Positions 37,376 to 48,292 are shown, counted from the first letter of the stretch. The stretch is 64,000 nucleotides of DNA from an uncultured Actinomycetota bacterium (GCA_963770565.1 CAVYQE010000001.1:1088001-1152000); one strand, 5' to 3'. Numbers and translations: made by a program. The notes: generated by a model from the sequence alone, not told the origin.

Positions 37376-37642
37376 ATGACCGAGCAGCCTGGTGACGTCC
37401 GCGAGGTGCTGCGCGCGCTGTGGAGCGCCGACGGTGAGCCGGCCACCGATGTCGATGAGGATTTCCCGGCCAAGAAGGCCTGCAAGAACATGAAGGATGT
37501 CAGCTTCGACGGGTTGGCCGAGCCGGGCAGCGACCTGCGCGCCGCGTGGCGTGACCGGCTCGCCCGCGAAGGCAAGCTGAGCCCTTCCGGCCAGAGCATC
37601 CGCGACCTGGTGCTCGGCAGCGACGTACCGGCTGATCGCTGA
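37376..37642 (+). CDS. Small hypothetical protein upstream of coxD
   Basis: 88-aa ORF with strong GC3 bias, ending 30 bp before the MoxR ATPase. Confidence 0.6.
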   Translation: MTEQPGDVREVLRALWSADGEPATDVDEDFPAKKACKNMKDVSFDGLAEPGSDLRAAWRDRLAREGKLSPSGQSIRDLVLGSDVPADR

Positions 37643-37671
37643 GCCTCGACCAGGCCTCGGGAGCGCGCTGG

Positions 37672-38539
<868 letters not shown>

Positions 38540-38547
<8 letters not shown>

Positions 38548-39679
38548 CGAAACGACGCAGGCGCCGGTCGTCGGCATGTTGGTCGACCTCGGGCACGAGC
38601 TTCGCGCGGCCGGGCTGCCGGTCGGATCTGGCGACGTTCTTACCTATTGCGCCGCGATGGCGCCGCTCGACCCGACCGATCTCGTCGACCTTTACTGGGC
38701 CGGCCGCGTGACGCTGGTGGCGCGCCGCGACGACATCGCGAAGTACGACGCGGTCTTCCGGCGGTTCTTCCTCGGTGACGCGGCCGACGTCCCCGAGCCG
38801 CTCAAGCTGGTGATGCGCGCGACCGCGCACAGCCTCTCGGTCCTCGAAGTGCCGGCCACCGAGCCCGGCAAGGACGGTCACGATGACCGCGAAGCCAGGC
38901 TCGGGCTGGTCGGCTCGGACGCTGAGATCATCAAACACAAGTCGTTCGCGGCGTGTACGCCGGACGAGCTCGCCGCGCTGCGGCGGATCATGGCGCAGAT
39001 CCGGTTGCAGCCGCCGCGTCGTCGTACCCGGCGGACCGAGTCCAGCCGGGCCGGCCGGGCGCCCGACCTACGACGGATGGTGCGGGAAAGCCTGCGGATG
39101 CACGGCGAGCCGCCGCAGCTGTACTGGCGGGACCGCAAGCGACGGCTGCGGCCGCTGATCCTGATCCTTGACGTCTCGGGGTCGATGGCGGACTACTCGC
39201 GCAACCTGTTGCAGTTCGCTTACTCGGCCCGCCGGGCGACCACCCGGGTCGAGGTGTTCTGCTTCGGCACCCGGCTCACCCGGATCACCAAAGAGCTCGA
39301 GCGGCGTCGCCCTGATGAGGCGCTCGACCGGGCCGCGAAGGCGGTGTTCGACTGGGAGGGCGGGACCAGAATCGGTGCGTCGCTGCAGGCGTTCGTGCGC
39401 GACTGGGGCCGGCGGGGGATCTGCCGAGGCGGCATCGTGGTGATCTGCTCGGACGGGCTCGATCGCGGTGACCCGAGTGTGCTCGCGGCGGCGATGGAAC
39501 GGTTGTCGCGGCTGTGTTATCGGGTGGTCTGGATGAACCCGCACAAGGGCAATAGCCTGGACTTCCAGCCGAGCACGCTGGGAATGATGGTGGCCGCGCC
39601 GTACATCGACGTGCTGGCGTCGGGGCACGACCTGAACAGCCTTGAAGAGTTGGCCGCGCTACTACCTGGGCTGCACTGA
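38540..39679 (+). CDS. coxE: vWA domain protein (CoxE-like)
   Basis: MIDAS DVSGSM, VFCFGTRLTRIT, GGTRIG, ICSDG, WMNP. Confidence 0.88.
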
Positions 39680-39709
39680 GCCCGAACTGTCTCGAAGGAG
39701 GGTCGGCCG

Positions 39710-40027
39710 GTGAGGTGGAGCGTGGCCATCGAGGCCGAGGGCGACCGGGTGCTCTCCCGCGAAGAGGTGGTCGAGCTCGCCGACGCGGTCGCCGCGTGCG
39801 ACGGGATCGCGAGTGGCATCGGCACCACGCGGTACGGCGCGCAGCTCGTGGTCGAGGCGTCCGGGCTCGACGAGGCGATCGAGGCGGCAAAGGCGGAGTT
39901 CGCGGCCGCAGCGCAGCGCGCCGGGCTGCCGGCCTGGCCGGTCGTCCGGGTTGAAGCGGGGAGCGAGGCCGACCTGCTCGACGTAGACGACGAGGCGGAG
40001 TTCGGCGAGCCGGACGAGTTCGGATGA
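39710..40027 (+). CDS. Hypothetical protein (acidic)
   Basis: RBS AAGGAGG, co-oriented with coxDE, coupled to the next ORF. Confidence 0.75.
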   Translation: MRWSVAIEAEGDRVLSREEVVELADAVAACDGIASGIGTTRYGAQLVVEASGLDEAIEAAKAEFAAAAQRAGLPAWPVVRVEAGSEADLLDVDDEAEFGEPDEFG

Positions 40028-40467
40028 TCCGGCTCGGATCGCTCGCGGGGTATCCGTTCGAAGGACCGCGGGTGCTCGGTGGGTGGACGGCACCGGCGGT
40101 CCCTGCGGTCTACGCGATCGTCTACAAGCCGAAGCCTGAGGCGCAGCCCGAGCAGTACGCCGTGATCTTCATCGGCCACTCCGAGGACCTGTCGGCCGAG
40201 TCGTTTCCGTTCAACCACCCGCGCGCGGCGTGCTGGGTGGCCCGGGCCGGCGACCGGTGGAAGGTCTACATCTGCACGTACGAGATCCCCGGTGGCACGC
40301 CGTCACATCGCGAGCGGATCGCGCAGGAGCTCGGCGCGATCTACCAGCCGGCCTGCAACGAGCAGCAGTTCGACCGGTCGTGGAAGGACGAGTGGATCGG
40401 CAGCTACGAACGCGCGCCGAACACCGGACCGCTCACCACCGGCCGCGAGCCCGACGCCCACGGGTGA
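40024..40467 (+). CDS. Hypothetical protein with degenerate GIY-YIG-like motifs
   Basis: AVYAI...IFIGHSEDL...YQPACN; ATGA overlap with the previous gene. Confidence 0.7.
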   Translation: MIRLGSLAGYPFEGPRVLGGWTAPAVPAVYAIVYKPKPEAQPEQYAVIFIGHSEDLSAESFPFNHPRAACWVARAGDRWKVYICTYEIPGGTPSHRERIAQELGAIYQPACNEQQFDRSWKDEWIGSYERAPNTGPLTTGREPDAHG

Positions 40468-40480
40468 CCTGGTCCTGGAT

Positions 40481-41032
40481 TCAGGCAGGATCCGCGTCGC
40501 GTAGCCCGACGAGGTCGTGGTCCCAGAAGGTCTGGCGGTAGACCAGCGTTCCGGTCATCCAGGGCTCATATGCCGGCAACGTCTTTACCTGGAACGCTGC
40601 CTCGGGGATGCGGAGCGAGGGTCGCCTGAAGCGATGCGCCGAGCCGGCGGAGAAGCCGAATCGCCGGTAGTACACCGGGGAGCCCTCGAGGAAGACGAGC
40701 GGTACGCCGCGGCGGCTCAGCTCGTCGAGGCCGTACCGGACCAGCGCGCTACCCACACCGCGGTGCTGGTGCTGCGGCGCCACGCCAAGCGGGCTGAGTA
40801 CCTGCACGTCGACCAGCCGGTCCGGCGCGTCGAGCAGGTTGCGGGTGAAAAGCGCATGCCCGACGACCTCGTCGTCGTCGATCGCGACGAGGGAGAGCCC
40901 CGGCTCGTGTGCAAGTGACTGCCGCAGGTCGTCGACGAGCGCGGCGACGACCACACCGGCGGTGCCGAACGCTGCCTGTTGGACCTGCGCGACGGCGGTC
41001 TGGTCAGCCGGGCGTTCTTCGCGGATCTGCAC
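40481..41032 (-). CDS. GNAT family N-acetyltransferase
   Basis: LSLVA..EVVGH, LSPLGVAPQHQHRGVGSALV, YYRRFGF. Confidence 0.9.
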   Translation of the reverse strand: MQIREERPADQTAVAQVQQAAFGTAGVVVAALVDDLRQSLAHEPGLSLVAIDDDEVVGHALFTRNLLDAPDRLVDVQVLSPLGVAPQHQHRGVGSALVRYGLDELSRRGVPLVFLEGSPVYYRRFGFSAGSAHRFRRPSLRIPEAAFQVKTLPAYEPWMTGTLVYRQTFWDHDLVGLRDADPA

Positions 41033-41136
41033 GTCGCGACCATACGCATCGGCGCTGGCTGACCGCCTGTGGATTGCGGCTGGCCGTTGTCGGCATCCCC
41101 ACTAACACCGACCCGCCCCGCACCCAAGCAGCCTGA

Positions 41137-41874
41137 TCAATGCACCTCGAGCGCATCGAGGTCCCGGACCGCGTAGCGGTTGTGCTCCCACTCCTCGTTG
41201 AGGATCACGTGCAGGCACGCGAGCACCGTGTGCGGGCTGTTGGGGTGGCCAGGCGTCGGCGGTGGGATGCAGACTCGGTCAAGCTCCTCGGGCGTCACGG
41301 CCGCGATGGTCTGCTTCATTTGGTCCATCCGCTCACGACGTACGACGAGAACCTCATCGAGCGATGGGTTCGCGGCCGGGTCGAGGCCCCAGCTGCGGGG
41401 ATCAGTGAGCCAGGTGCCGGCGAGCCCCCACGGGTGGTACGGGCGGCCCAGGCCCTTGATCATGCGCTGCAACCAGCAGTCGGTCGCGAGGATGAGGTGG
41501 CGGAGCGTCTCGATGAAGCTCCACTCGTCGTCGACGCGTTCGGCGAGCGCCGACTGAGGCAGCGCCCGGGCCCTCGCCACCGTTGTGTCCCAGGTCCCTT
41601 CGAGCATCACCCAAGCCGTCGCCAAAGCGGCCGGCTCGGTGGCGCGCAGCATCGCCCGCTCCGGGAACATTCGCTCCAGCTCGGCTTCCACCAACGGCGC
41701 CACCTCCACGCCGTTCAATCGCAACCCTTCTAGGTCTCCCGAGATGTCGGCGCCGTCGAACCAGGCGTCAGTGATCCTGGCGCCCGCGAAGTTCGGCGCG
41801 TGCAAGCGGGCGCCGGAGAAGTCCGCGTCTTCGATCCGGGCGCCCGGCAACGACGGCCCCTTGTCATATCCCAT
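41137..41874 (-). CDS. DinB family protein with N-terminal pentapeptide repeats
   Basis: ARIEDADFSGARL, EWSFIETLRHL, NEEWEHNRYA. Confidence 0.87.
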   Translation of the reverse strand: MGYDKGPSLPGARIEDADFSGARLHAPNFAGARITDAWFDGADISGDLEGLRLNGVEVAPLVEAELERMFPERAMLRATEPAALATAWVMLEGTWDTTVARARALPQSALAERVDDEWSFIETLRHLILATDCWLQRMIKGLGRPYHPWGLAGTWLTDPRSWGLDPAANPSLDEVLVVRRERMDQMKQTIAAVTPEELDRVCIPPPTPGHPNSPHTVLACLHVILNEEWEHNRYAVRDLDALEVH

Positions 41875-41911
41875 GTGAGCTTCTTACCCCCTGCGTACGA
41901 CAGCGCAGCGG

Positions 41912-42283
41912 TTAGACCGAGGCGGCTTCCTCGTCGGGGGTGTAGCCGACTGCCTCGTTCAGGCGCGAGCGGCGCCGGCCCATCGCGGGCTTCGCCGGCG
42001 GCCGCTCGGCGTGTGCGGCCTCGGGGGAGAAGGTGGCGCCCGCCACGATTCCCTCGGCCATCCCGTAGAGCAGCGGCAGTGCTCCGGCGACCACGCCGCC
42101 GGTGCGGTTGATGTGCTCGACGCCCGGTGCGATCGGTTCGGCGTTGGCGACGATCTCGCGGACGATCCCCGCGCACTCTTCGAGGTTCGTCGCGATCCGG
42201 GTGAGCTGCCCACCGACGACGAATAGGTAGAAGGCGAGCCCTGCGATCAGCAGGACGATGTCGATGACAGAGAGCACGACCAT
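41912..42283 (-). CDS. Small single-TM protein, last gene of the cox operon
   Basis: N-terminal hydrophobic helix followed by an amphipathic helix. Confidence 0.8.
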   Translation of the reverse strand: MVVLSVIDIVLLIAGLAFYLFVVGGQLTRIATNLEECAGIVREIVANAEPIAPGVEHINRTGGVVAGALPLLYGMAEGIVAGATFSPEAAHAERPPAKPAMGRRRSRLNEAVGYTPDEEAASV

Positions 42284-42286
42284 CGG

Positions 42287-42589
42287 TCAGGTCCTCACCT
42301 TCGACAAGACCCGGCCTAAGAACAGATGGTGTTCGAGGCCCTCGGCCAGGACGGCGTCGACGCCGAGTGCGACCTGCCCGATCAGCGCGGTATCCGCGGT
42401 GTTGGTCGCGGCCGCTCGAAGGGTGTCGCGGACCATGACCACCCGCTGGTCGATCGTCCGAACCAGCAGCACCAGGATCGTCAGCAGCGCGGCGACCGCG
42501 AGCACGATCACGAACCCGCCGATGATCGCGCCCCACCACAGGTGCTTCTGGGTCGAGGTCAGCGCCAGATATGTGGCGTGGTGGGACAT
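42287..42589 (-). CDS. Small single-TM protein (cox operon)
   Basis: WWGAIIGGFVIVLAVAALLTILVLLV then RTID...AATNTA. Confidence 0.8.
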   Translation of the reverse strand: MSHHATYLALTSTQKHLWWGAIIGGFVIVLAVAALLTILVLLVRTIDQRVVMVRDTLRAAATNTADTALIGQVALGVDAVLAEGLEHHLFLGRVLSKVRT

Positions 42590-42868
42590 CTAGCCTCCCA
42601 ACTTGTGCCGGCCGCGCTCGAGGCCGGCGATGATGATCCCGGCGTGCTCGATCGTGGTGTTGAGATCCGCCAGTGCCGCGGTGTTGTGGACCGACTGTGT
42701 CAACGAGTCGTTGATCATCAACGCCTCTTTGCCGATCGACCGGGCGAGCAGCAGGATCGGTACGACGAGGGCGACGACGACCAGCACCACGACGATCGTG
42801 ATGGTGTAGCCGATCGCCCATCCGGTGGTCGACGTATCGGCGACGGCCAGGACGTGAAGTGCGGTCAC
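42590..42868 (-). CDS. Small single-TM protein (cox operon)
   Basis: WAIGYTITIVVVLVVVALVVPILLLA then RSIG...VHNTA. Confidence 0.8.
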   Translation of the reverse strand: MTALHVLAVADTSTTGWAIGYTITIVVVLVVVALVVPILLLARSIGKEALMINDSLTQSVHNTAALADLNTTIEHAGIIIAGLERGRHKLGG

Positions 42869-42873
42869 GGTGA

Positions 42874-43065
42874 TCAGCCTCCCGATCCGGACGAAGGCGT
42901 TTCGCGGACGCAGTTGGCGACCACGAAGTTGACCAGCGACTTCGTCGGTGCCGGGATCCGGTGCTTGACCACTACGTGCGAGCCGACCTTGCCCATCAGT
43001 GCGTCCATCGTCGGCGCGGTGAAATGGGTCTTGCAGACCGGGCTGCCGCAGGTGAACTCATACAT
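42874..43065 (-). CDS. DUF1059-like Cys/His mini-protein
   Basis: C-x4-C...H-x4-H (FTCGSPVC...SHVVVKH); RBS GGAGGGG. Confidence 0.72.
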   Translation of the reverse strand: MYEFTCGSPVCKTHFTAPTMDALMGKVGSHVVVKHRIPAPTKSLVNFVVANCVRETPSSGSGG

Positions 43066-43083
43066 TACGTTTCCCCTCCCCGC

Positions 43084-43311
43084 TCAGACCGATTCGCAGA
43101 AGTCGCGGACCGGCTTGAGGTGCGCGTTGACCGACGGCAGGACCTCGGGGACCGTGCGGGTCTGCTCGGCAACCACCATGACTCCGACGACCACCGTGCC
43201 GAGGGTGTAGCGGATGACCTTCAGGTGCAGGATCACGCGGATCAGTCCAAGTGCGGCGGCGGCGATGATCAACGTGGCGAGGATCACGGTGACCCAGGCG
43301 ACAGCGGGCAT
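43084..43311 (-). CDS. Small single-TM protein (cox operon)
   Basis: WVTVILATLIIAAAALGLIRV then helical tail; RBS GGAGG. Confidence 0.8.
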   Translation of the reverse strand: MPAVAWVTVILATLIIAAAALGLIRVILHLKVIRYTLGTVVVGVMVVAEQTRTVPEVLPSVNAHLKPVRDFCESV

Positions 43312-43326
43312 GAGGTGTCCTCCCTC

Positions 43327-43581
43327 TCAGCCGAGCAGCTTGGCGACGGAGCCGGCGTAGCGAACCGCGCCGACCGCGACCGCCTCGATCGTCTCGTCGG
43401 TGACGGCGAGTGCTTCTGGTACGTCGTCGAGGTGGCCGGTCAGGGCCACGCCGCCGGCGAGGATGTCGTCAGCCGCACCGCGGATTCGCTCGAGCGCGGC
43501 GAGCACGCGGTTGAGCAGCGCGACGAGGATGGGGACGACCGCGATCAGCAGCAGTGCGTTGCCGATCCACCACAGGACCAT
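43327..43581 (-). CDS. Small single-TM protein (cox operon)
   Basis: WWIGNALLLIAVVPILVALLNRV..LERI; RBS GAGGAGG. Confidence 0.8.
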   Translation of the reverse strand: MVLWWIGNALLLIAVVPILVALLNRVLAALERIRGAADDILAGGVALTGHLDDVPEALAVTDETIEAVAVGAVRYAGSVAKLLG

Positions 43582-43594
43582 GAGTTCGTCCTCC

Positions 43595-44179
43595 TCAGTT
43601 CGGGCTGGGCTGGTAGGGCATGAAGAACCGCCGGAACACTCGGGCCAGCGCCATCCGCATCGCGCGCAGGCCGATCGTGAAGCCGCTGGCCGCCGCGGCG
43701 CCCGCCAGCGCAGCACCGGACTCGCCGCGTTCGACCGCGGCGATCCGGTTCTGCAGGTTTGTGGCGAAGTCGCGCATCAGCACCGCGGTGACGTCGGAGA
43801 TCATCCCGCGGCCGTACTGCGCCGCGGCACCGGAGAGCTGCACGTCCTGGACCACGTCGACCTTGGTCTGCTGTCCCACCGACGCCAAAGTGGCCGTCAC
43901 CAGCATGCTGGCCTGGCCGCGGCCCTTCTCGTCTGCACCCGCGGCGTCGATCACGATCCGCTTGGCGGCGTTGTCGCGCTCGGTGATGGTCGCCGTACCG
44001 TTGAAGGCCAGCTTGACCGGGCCCATCCGGACCGCGACCTTGCCGAGGTACTTGTCGTCGCCGAGGTCGTCGGTCAGCTCGGCGCCCGGCAGGCAGGCCG
44101 CGACGCTCGGGATGTCGTCGAAGAACGCCCAGACTTTCTCGACCGGCTGTGCGACGTCGAAGTCGCTCTTGATCAGCAT
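43595..44179 (-). CDS. coxG: CoxG (SRPBCC) CO dehydrogenase accessory protein
   Basis: FDVAQPVEKVW..DIPSVAACLPGA, VRMGPV, LSGAAAQYGRGMI. Confidence 0.9.
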   Translation of the reverse strand: MLIKSDFDVAQPVEKVWAFFDDIPSVAACLPGAELTDDLGDDKYLGKVAVRMGPVKLAFNGTATITERDNAAKRIVIDAAGADEKGRGQASMLVTATLASVGQQTKVDVVQDVQLSGAAAQYGRGMISDVTAVLMRDFATNLQNRIAAVERGESGAALAGAAAASGFTIGLRAMRMALARVFRRFFMPYQPSPN

Positions 44180-44205
44180 GTCGTCTCCACCGTCACATCA
44201 CAGCC

Positions 44206-46596
44206 TCAGTCGTCCGACTTCACCGGCGGGGCGCCGGATACGTCGTGCTTCATGGTCAGTGCTTCATAGACCCGGTCCGGCAGCATCGGCATGTCGATGT
44301 TGCGGACCCCGGTGCCGGACAGCGCGTCGATAACCGCGTTGACGAACGCCGCCGGACCGCCGACGGTCGCACACTCGCCGACGCCCTTCGCGCCGATCGG
44401 GTGGTGCGGGCACGGCGTGACGACCTCGTGCAGCTCGAAGCCCGGGGTCTCCCAGGCGGTCGGCAGGAGGTAGTCCATGTAGTTGGAGCCGACGCAGTTG
44501 CCCTCGGCGTCGAAGGTGATGAACTGCATGCTCGCCATCGCGTACGCCTCGGTGAGCCCGCCCATGATCTGGCCTTCGACGATCATCGGGTTGATCCGGA
44601 CCCCGCAGTCGTCGACCGCCACCATGTTGAGCACGTCCCAGACGCCGGTCTCCGGATCCACCTCGACGGTCGCGATGTAGCAGCCGAACGGCCAGGTGAG
44701 GTTCGGCGGGTCGTAGTATGCGACGTTCTCCAGACCCGGCTCCATGCCGTCCGGCATGTTGCTGTACGCCGCGATCGCGCACTCCTGGATCGTCACGCCC
44801 CGGTCGGGTGCGCTGCGGATGTAGAAGCGGCCGAGCTCCCACTCGACGTCCTCTTCGGAGACTTCGAGCAGGTGCGCCGCGAGCTTGCGCGCTTTCGCGC
44901 GGACTTTGCGGGACACCATCGCGACCGCGGCGCCGGCGACCGGCGTACTTCGCGAGGCGTAGGTGCCCATGCCGAACGGCGCGGTGTCGGTGTCACCCTC
45001 CTCGACCACGATGTCCTCGGCCGGCAGGCCGAGCTCGTGCGCGACGATCTGCGCCCAGGTCGTCTCGTGGCCCTGGCCCTGCGTCTTCGCGCCGGTGCGC
45101 AGGATCGCCTTGCCGGTCATGTGAATCCGCAGCTCGGCCGAGTCGAACATCTTGATGCCGAGGATGTCGTACTCCCGGCTGTTGCCGGCACCGAGCGGTT
45201 CGGTCATGCACGAGATGCCGAGACCGAGCAGTCGGCCGCGCTTGCGCGCCTCGGCCTGCCGCTTGCGGAAGTCCTGGTAGCCGATCGCCTCGAGCCCGAC
45301 GTCGAGGCACTTGCCGTACTGCCCTGAGTCGGTGAGGAAGCCGAACGGCGTGCGGTGCGGGAAGTCGTCGTCGCGGACGAAGTTCATCCGGCGGAACTCG
45401 GCCTGGTCCATCCCGAGGTCGTCAGCCGCGGCCTGCACCATGCGCTCCTGGAAGAACATCGCCTCGGTCACCCGGAACGAGCAGCGGTAGGCGACCCCGC
45501 CCGGCGCCTTGTTCGTGTACGTGCCTTGCGCGGTCAGGTGCGCGGCCGGGATGTCGTAGCAGGCGAACGCCGAATGCATCAGGCCGATCTTGAACTTCGA
45601 CGGCTGCGCGTCGGAGAAGAAGGCGCCGTGGTCGGAGTCGGTGTGCATCCGGACCCCGAGGATTTTGCCGTCCTTGCGCAGCGCCATCTCGCCGGTTAGG
45701 TAGATGTCGCGGCCGAACCCGGTCGAGATCAGGTTGCCGGACTTGTCCTCGATCCACTTCACCGGCACCTCGAGCAGGATCGAGGCGAGGATCGACATGA
45801 CGTAGCCCGGGTAGACCGGCACCTTGTTGCCGAACCCGCCGCCAAGGTCGGGGGAGACGATCCGGATCATGTGCTCGGGCAGCTCCGCCACCAGCGCGAC
45901 CGCCGCGCGGATGATGTGCGGCGCCTGCGTGGTCATGTAGACGGTGAGCTTCGACGTCGCGCGGTTGAAGTCAGCGATCGATCCGCACGCCTCCATCGGC
46001 GACGGGTGTGAGCGCGGATAGTGCAGCTGGAGCTTCGAGACGACGTCGGCCTGCTCGAAGGCTCGGTCGGTGCCGGCCTTGTCGCCGACCTCCCAGTCGA
46101 AGACGATGTTGGAGGTCTGACCCTCCTTGTCGTCGCGGATGATCGGTGCGTCCGCGGCCTTCGCCTGGGTCGGGTTGACGATGACTGGCAGCGGTTCGTA
46201 CTCGACGACAATTGCCTCGCAGGCGTCCTTCGCGGTGTACGGGTCGTCGGCGACGACGCAGGCGACCTCCTGGCCCTGGAAGCGCACCTTGTCGGTGGCG
46301 AGGACGGCCTGGGTGTCGTATGACAGCGTGGGCATCCAGGCCAGGTTGCGGGTCGCCATCATGTCGCCGGTCAGCACCAGCCGTACGCCGGGGATCTCCC
46401 AGGCTTTCGACGCGTCGATCGACTTGATCCGGGCATGCGCCAGCGGACTGCGCAGGATCTCCATGTGGAGCATGCCGGGCAGCACGATGTCGTCGACGTA
46501 GTTGCCCCTGCCGCGGATGAACCGGTTGTCCTCGACCCGCTTGCGGCTCGCGCCCATCCCGCCGATCTTGATTTCGTCGAGTGCCTGCGTGGTCAC
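44206..46596 (-). CDS. coxL: Aerobic CO dehydrogenase large subunit, form I
   Basis: [24 protein letters not shown], diagnostic AYRCSFR, GQGHET, GAKGVGE. Confidence 0.96.
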   Translation of the reverse strand: MTTQALDEIKIGGMGASRKRVEDNRFIRGRGNYVDDIVLPGMLHMEILRSPLAHARIKSIDASKAWEIPGVRLVLTGDMMATRNLAWMPTLSYDTQAVLATDKVRFQGQEVACVVADDPYTAKDACEAIVVEYEPLPVIVNPTQAKAADAPIIRDDKEGQTSNIVFDWEVGDKAGTDRAFEQADVVSKLQLHYPRSHPSPMEACGSIADFNRATSKLTVYMTTQAPHIIRAAVALVAELPEHMIRIVSPDLGGGFGNKVPVYPGYVMSILASILLEVPVKWIEDKSGNLISTGFGRDIYLTGEMALRKDGKILGVRMHTDSDHGAFFSDAQPSKFKIGLMHSAFACYDIPAAHLTAQGTYTNKAPGGVAYRCSFRVTEAMFFQERMVQAAADDLGMDQAEFRRMNFVRDDDFPHRTPFGFLTDSGQYGKCLDVGLEAIGYQDFRKRQAEARKRGRLLGLGISCMTEPLGAGNSREYDILGIKMFDSAELRIHMTGKAILRTGAKTQGQGHETTWAQIVAHELGLPAEDIVVEEGDTDTAPFGMGTYASRSTPVAGAAVAMVSRKVRAKARKLAAHLLEVSEEDVEWELGRFYIRSAPDRGVTIQECAIAAYSNMPDGMEPGLENVAYYDPPNLTWPFGCYIATVEVDPETGVWDVLNMVAVDDCGVRINPMIVEGQIMGGLTEAYAMASMQFITFDAEGNCVGSNYMDYLLPTAWETPGFELHEVVTPCPHHPIGAKGVGECATVGGPAAFVNAVIDALSGTGVRNIDMPMLPDRVYEALTMKHDVSGAPPVKSDD

Positions 46597-46600
46597 GGCG

Positions 46601-47146
46601 TCAGCCCTCCTCTCCGGCGCCGCCGGCCTGGGCCCGGAGCTTCGCGGCCGCCCACAGCACCGACTTCACGATGTTCTGATAGCCGGTGCAGCGGCACAAG
46701 TTGCCCGACAGGCCCCAGCGGATCTCGTCCTCGGTCGGGTCCGGGTTCTCGTCGAGCAATGCCTTCGCCGCGAGCATCATCCCCGGCGTGCAGAAGCCGC
46801 ACTGCAGCCCGTGCTCCTCTTTGAAACCCTCCTGCAAGGGATGCAGTTCGCTCGCCGTGGCCAGCCCTTCGACGGTCAGTACGTCGCACCCGTCGGCCTG
46901 GACGGCGAGCATCGTGCAGCTCTTCACCGCTTTGCCGTCCACCAGCACCGTGCAGACGCCGCAGTTGGTGGTGTCGCAGCCGGTGTGCGTTCCGGTCAGT
47001 TTGAAGCCCTGTCGCAGCAGGTGGGCCAGCAGTAGGCGCGGCTCGACATCGGCAGTGCGCTGGTCGCCGTTGACCGTCATCGTCACTCGCCGGATCGGGA
47101 CGTTGGCGGCCGGCTCCGGGGTGATCTCTTCGTAGAGGCTCGTCAT
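46601..47146 (-). CDS. coxS: CO dehydrogenase small (2Fe-2S) subunit
   Basis: [12 protein letters not shown]...[19 protein letters not shown]. Confidence 0.95.
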   Translation of the reverse strand: MTSLYEEITPEPAANVPIRRVTMTVNGDQRTADVEPRLLLAHLLRQGFKLTGTHTGCDTTNCGVCTVLVDGKAVKSCTMLAVQADGCDVLTVEGLATASELHPLQEGFKEEHGLQCGFCTPGMMLAAKALLDENPDPTEDEIRWGLSGNLCRCTGYQNIVKSVLWAAAKLRAQAGGAGEEG

Positions 47147-47147
47147 C

Positions 47148-48021
47148 TCAGGCCGCTCTCTCCGCTGATTCGGTCAGGTTGGTCAGGATGCGGGTGACGA
47201 AGGTGTGCACGATGTGCCGCTTGTAGTCCGCGCTGCCGCGATGGTCGGTCCGCGGCTTCGCGGCCTGGGCCGCGAGCTCCGCGGCGGCCGCGATCGAGTC
47301 GGCGCCGAGCGCTTTCCCGACCAGCGCAGCCGCGGCGTCGGAGGCCGAGATGGTCGACCCGCCGACCCCGGTAAGCCCGATGCCGGCCCGGGTGACCAGC
47401 CCGCCGGAAGTCTCGATCGCGACCGCGACCCCTGCGGTGGCGAAGTCGCCGACCCGCCGCTCGAGCTTGAGGTAGCCGCCGGCCGGGCTTCCCTTCGGCG
47501 CCGGAACGACCGCTTCGATCGCGATCTCGTCGTCGGCCAGGGTGTTCTGGAACGGCCCGCTGACGAAGTCGACGACCGGGATCGACCGGCGGCCGTGCGG
47601 TCCGACCGCGACGACGAGGCCGCCGAGCGCGGTCATGACCGAGGCCCAGTCACCCTGCGGGTCGGCGTGGCAGAGCGAGCCGACCAGCGTGCCGCGGTTG
47701 CGCACGATCGGGTCGGCGATCAGCGGGGCCGCGGCCGCCATCGTGGGCTGCTTCTCGGCCAGCAGGCTCGATCTCTCGAGCTCGGCGTGCCTGGCCAGCG
47801 CGCCGATGTGGATCGACCCGTCGTCGGCCAGCCGGTGGTAGCCGAGACCGGGGATCCGGTTGATGTCGACGAGCAGCTCCGGTGCGGCAAAGCGCAGCTT
47901 GAGCAGCGGCACCAGGCTCTGGCCGCCGGCCAGCACCTTGGCCTCCGCCGCCGCCGTGCAGCAGCCCGATCGCCTCGTCGAGCGTGCGTGGCGCCTCGTA
48001 ACGGAACCGGGATGGATACAT
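47148..48021 (-). pseudogene. coxM: CO dehydrogenase FAD (medium) subunit, frameshifted near 47946 (possible sequencing error)
   Basis: MYPSRFRYEAPRTLDEAIGLLHGGG in one frame (ORF 47650-48021); EAKVLAGGQSL...IADPIVRNRGTLVGS in another (ORF 47148-48299); strong RBS at the true start. Confidence 0.88.
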
Positions 48022-48049
48022 TCTTCCCTCCTGGGGTGGGCGCCGGGGC

Positions 48050-48292
48050 TCAGGCTTGGTCGGTCGACGCCGGGTCGGGGACGGCGACCGGCAGCGCGTC
48101 CGCCACCGGATCCGGGCGCGGCTCCTGGTGCGGCGGCCACGGTCCCTGGACCGGCTGACCAGCGATCTTGAGGTAGTCGATCAGCTCCGGCCAGGCCCAT
48201 ACGGTCGGGCTCTTGCCGGTCTTCGGGGCGTTCTCGACCAGCTCGTACAAACGCGGGTTGGCCTGGCTGTGCCCGTCCGATTCCATCCGCAT
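48050..48292 (-). CDS. Small hypothetical protein, first gene of the cox operon
   Basis: 80 aa MRMESDGHSQANPRLYELVENAPKTGKSPTVWAWPELIDYL...; ends 29 bp before coxM. Confidence 0.6.
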   Translation of the reverse strand: MRMESDGHSQANPRLYELVENAPKTGKSPTVWAWPELIDYLKIAGQPVQGPWPPHQEPRPDPVADALPVAVPDPASTDQA

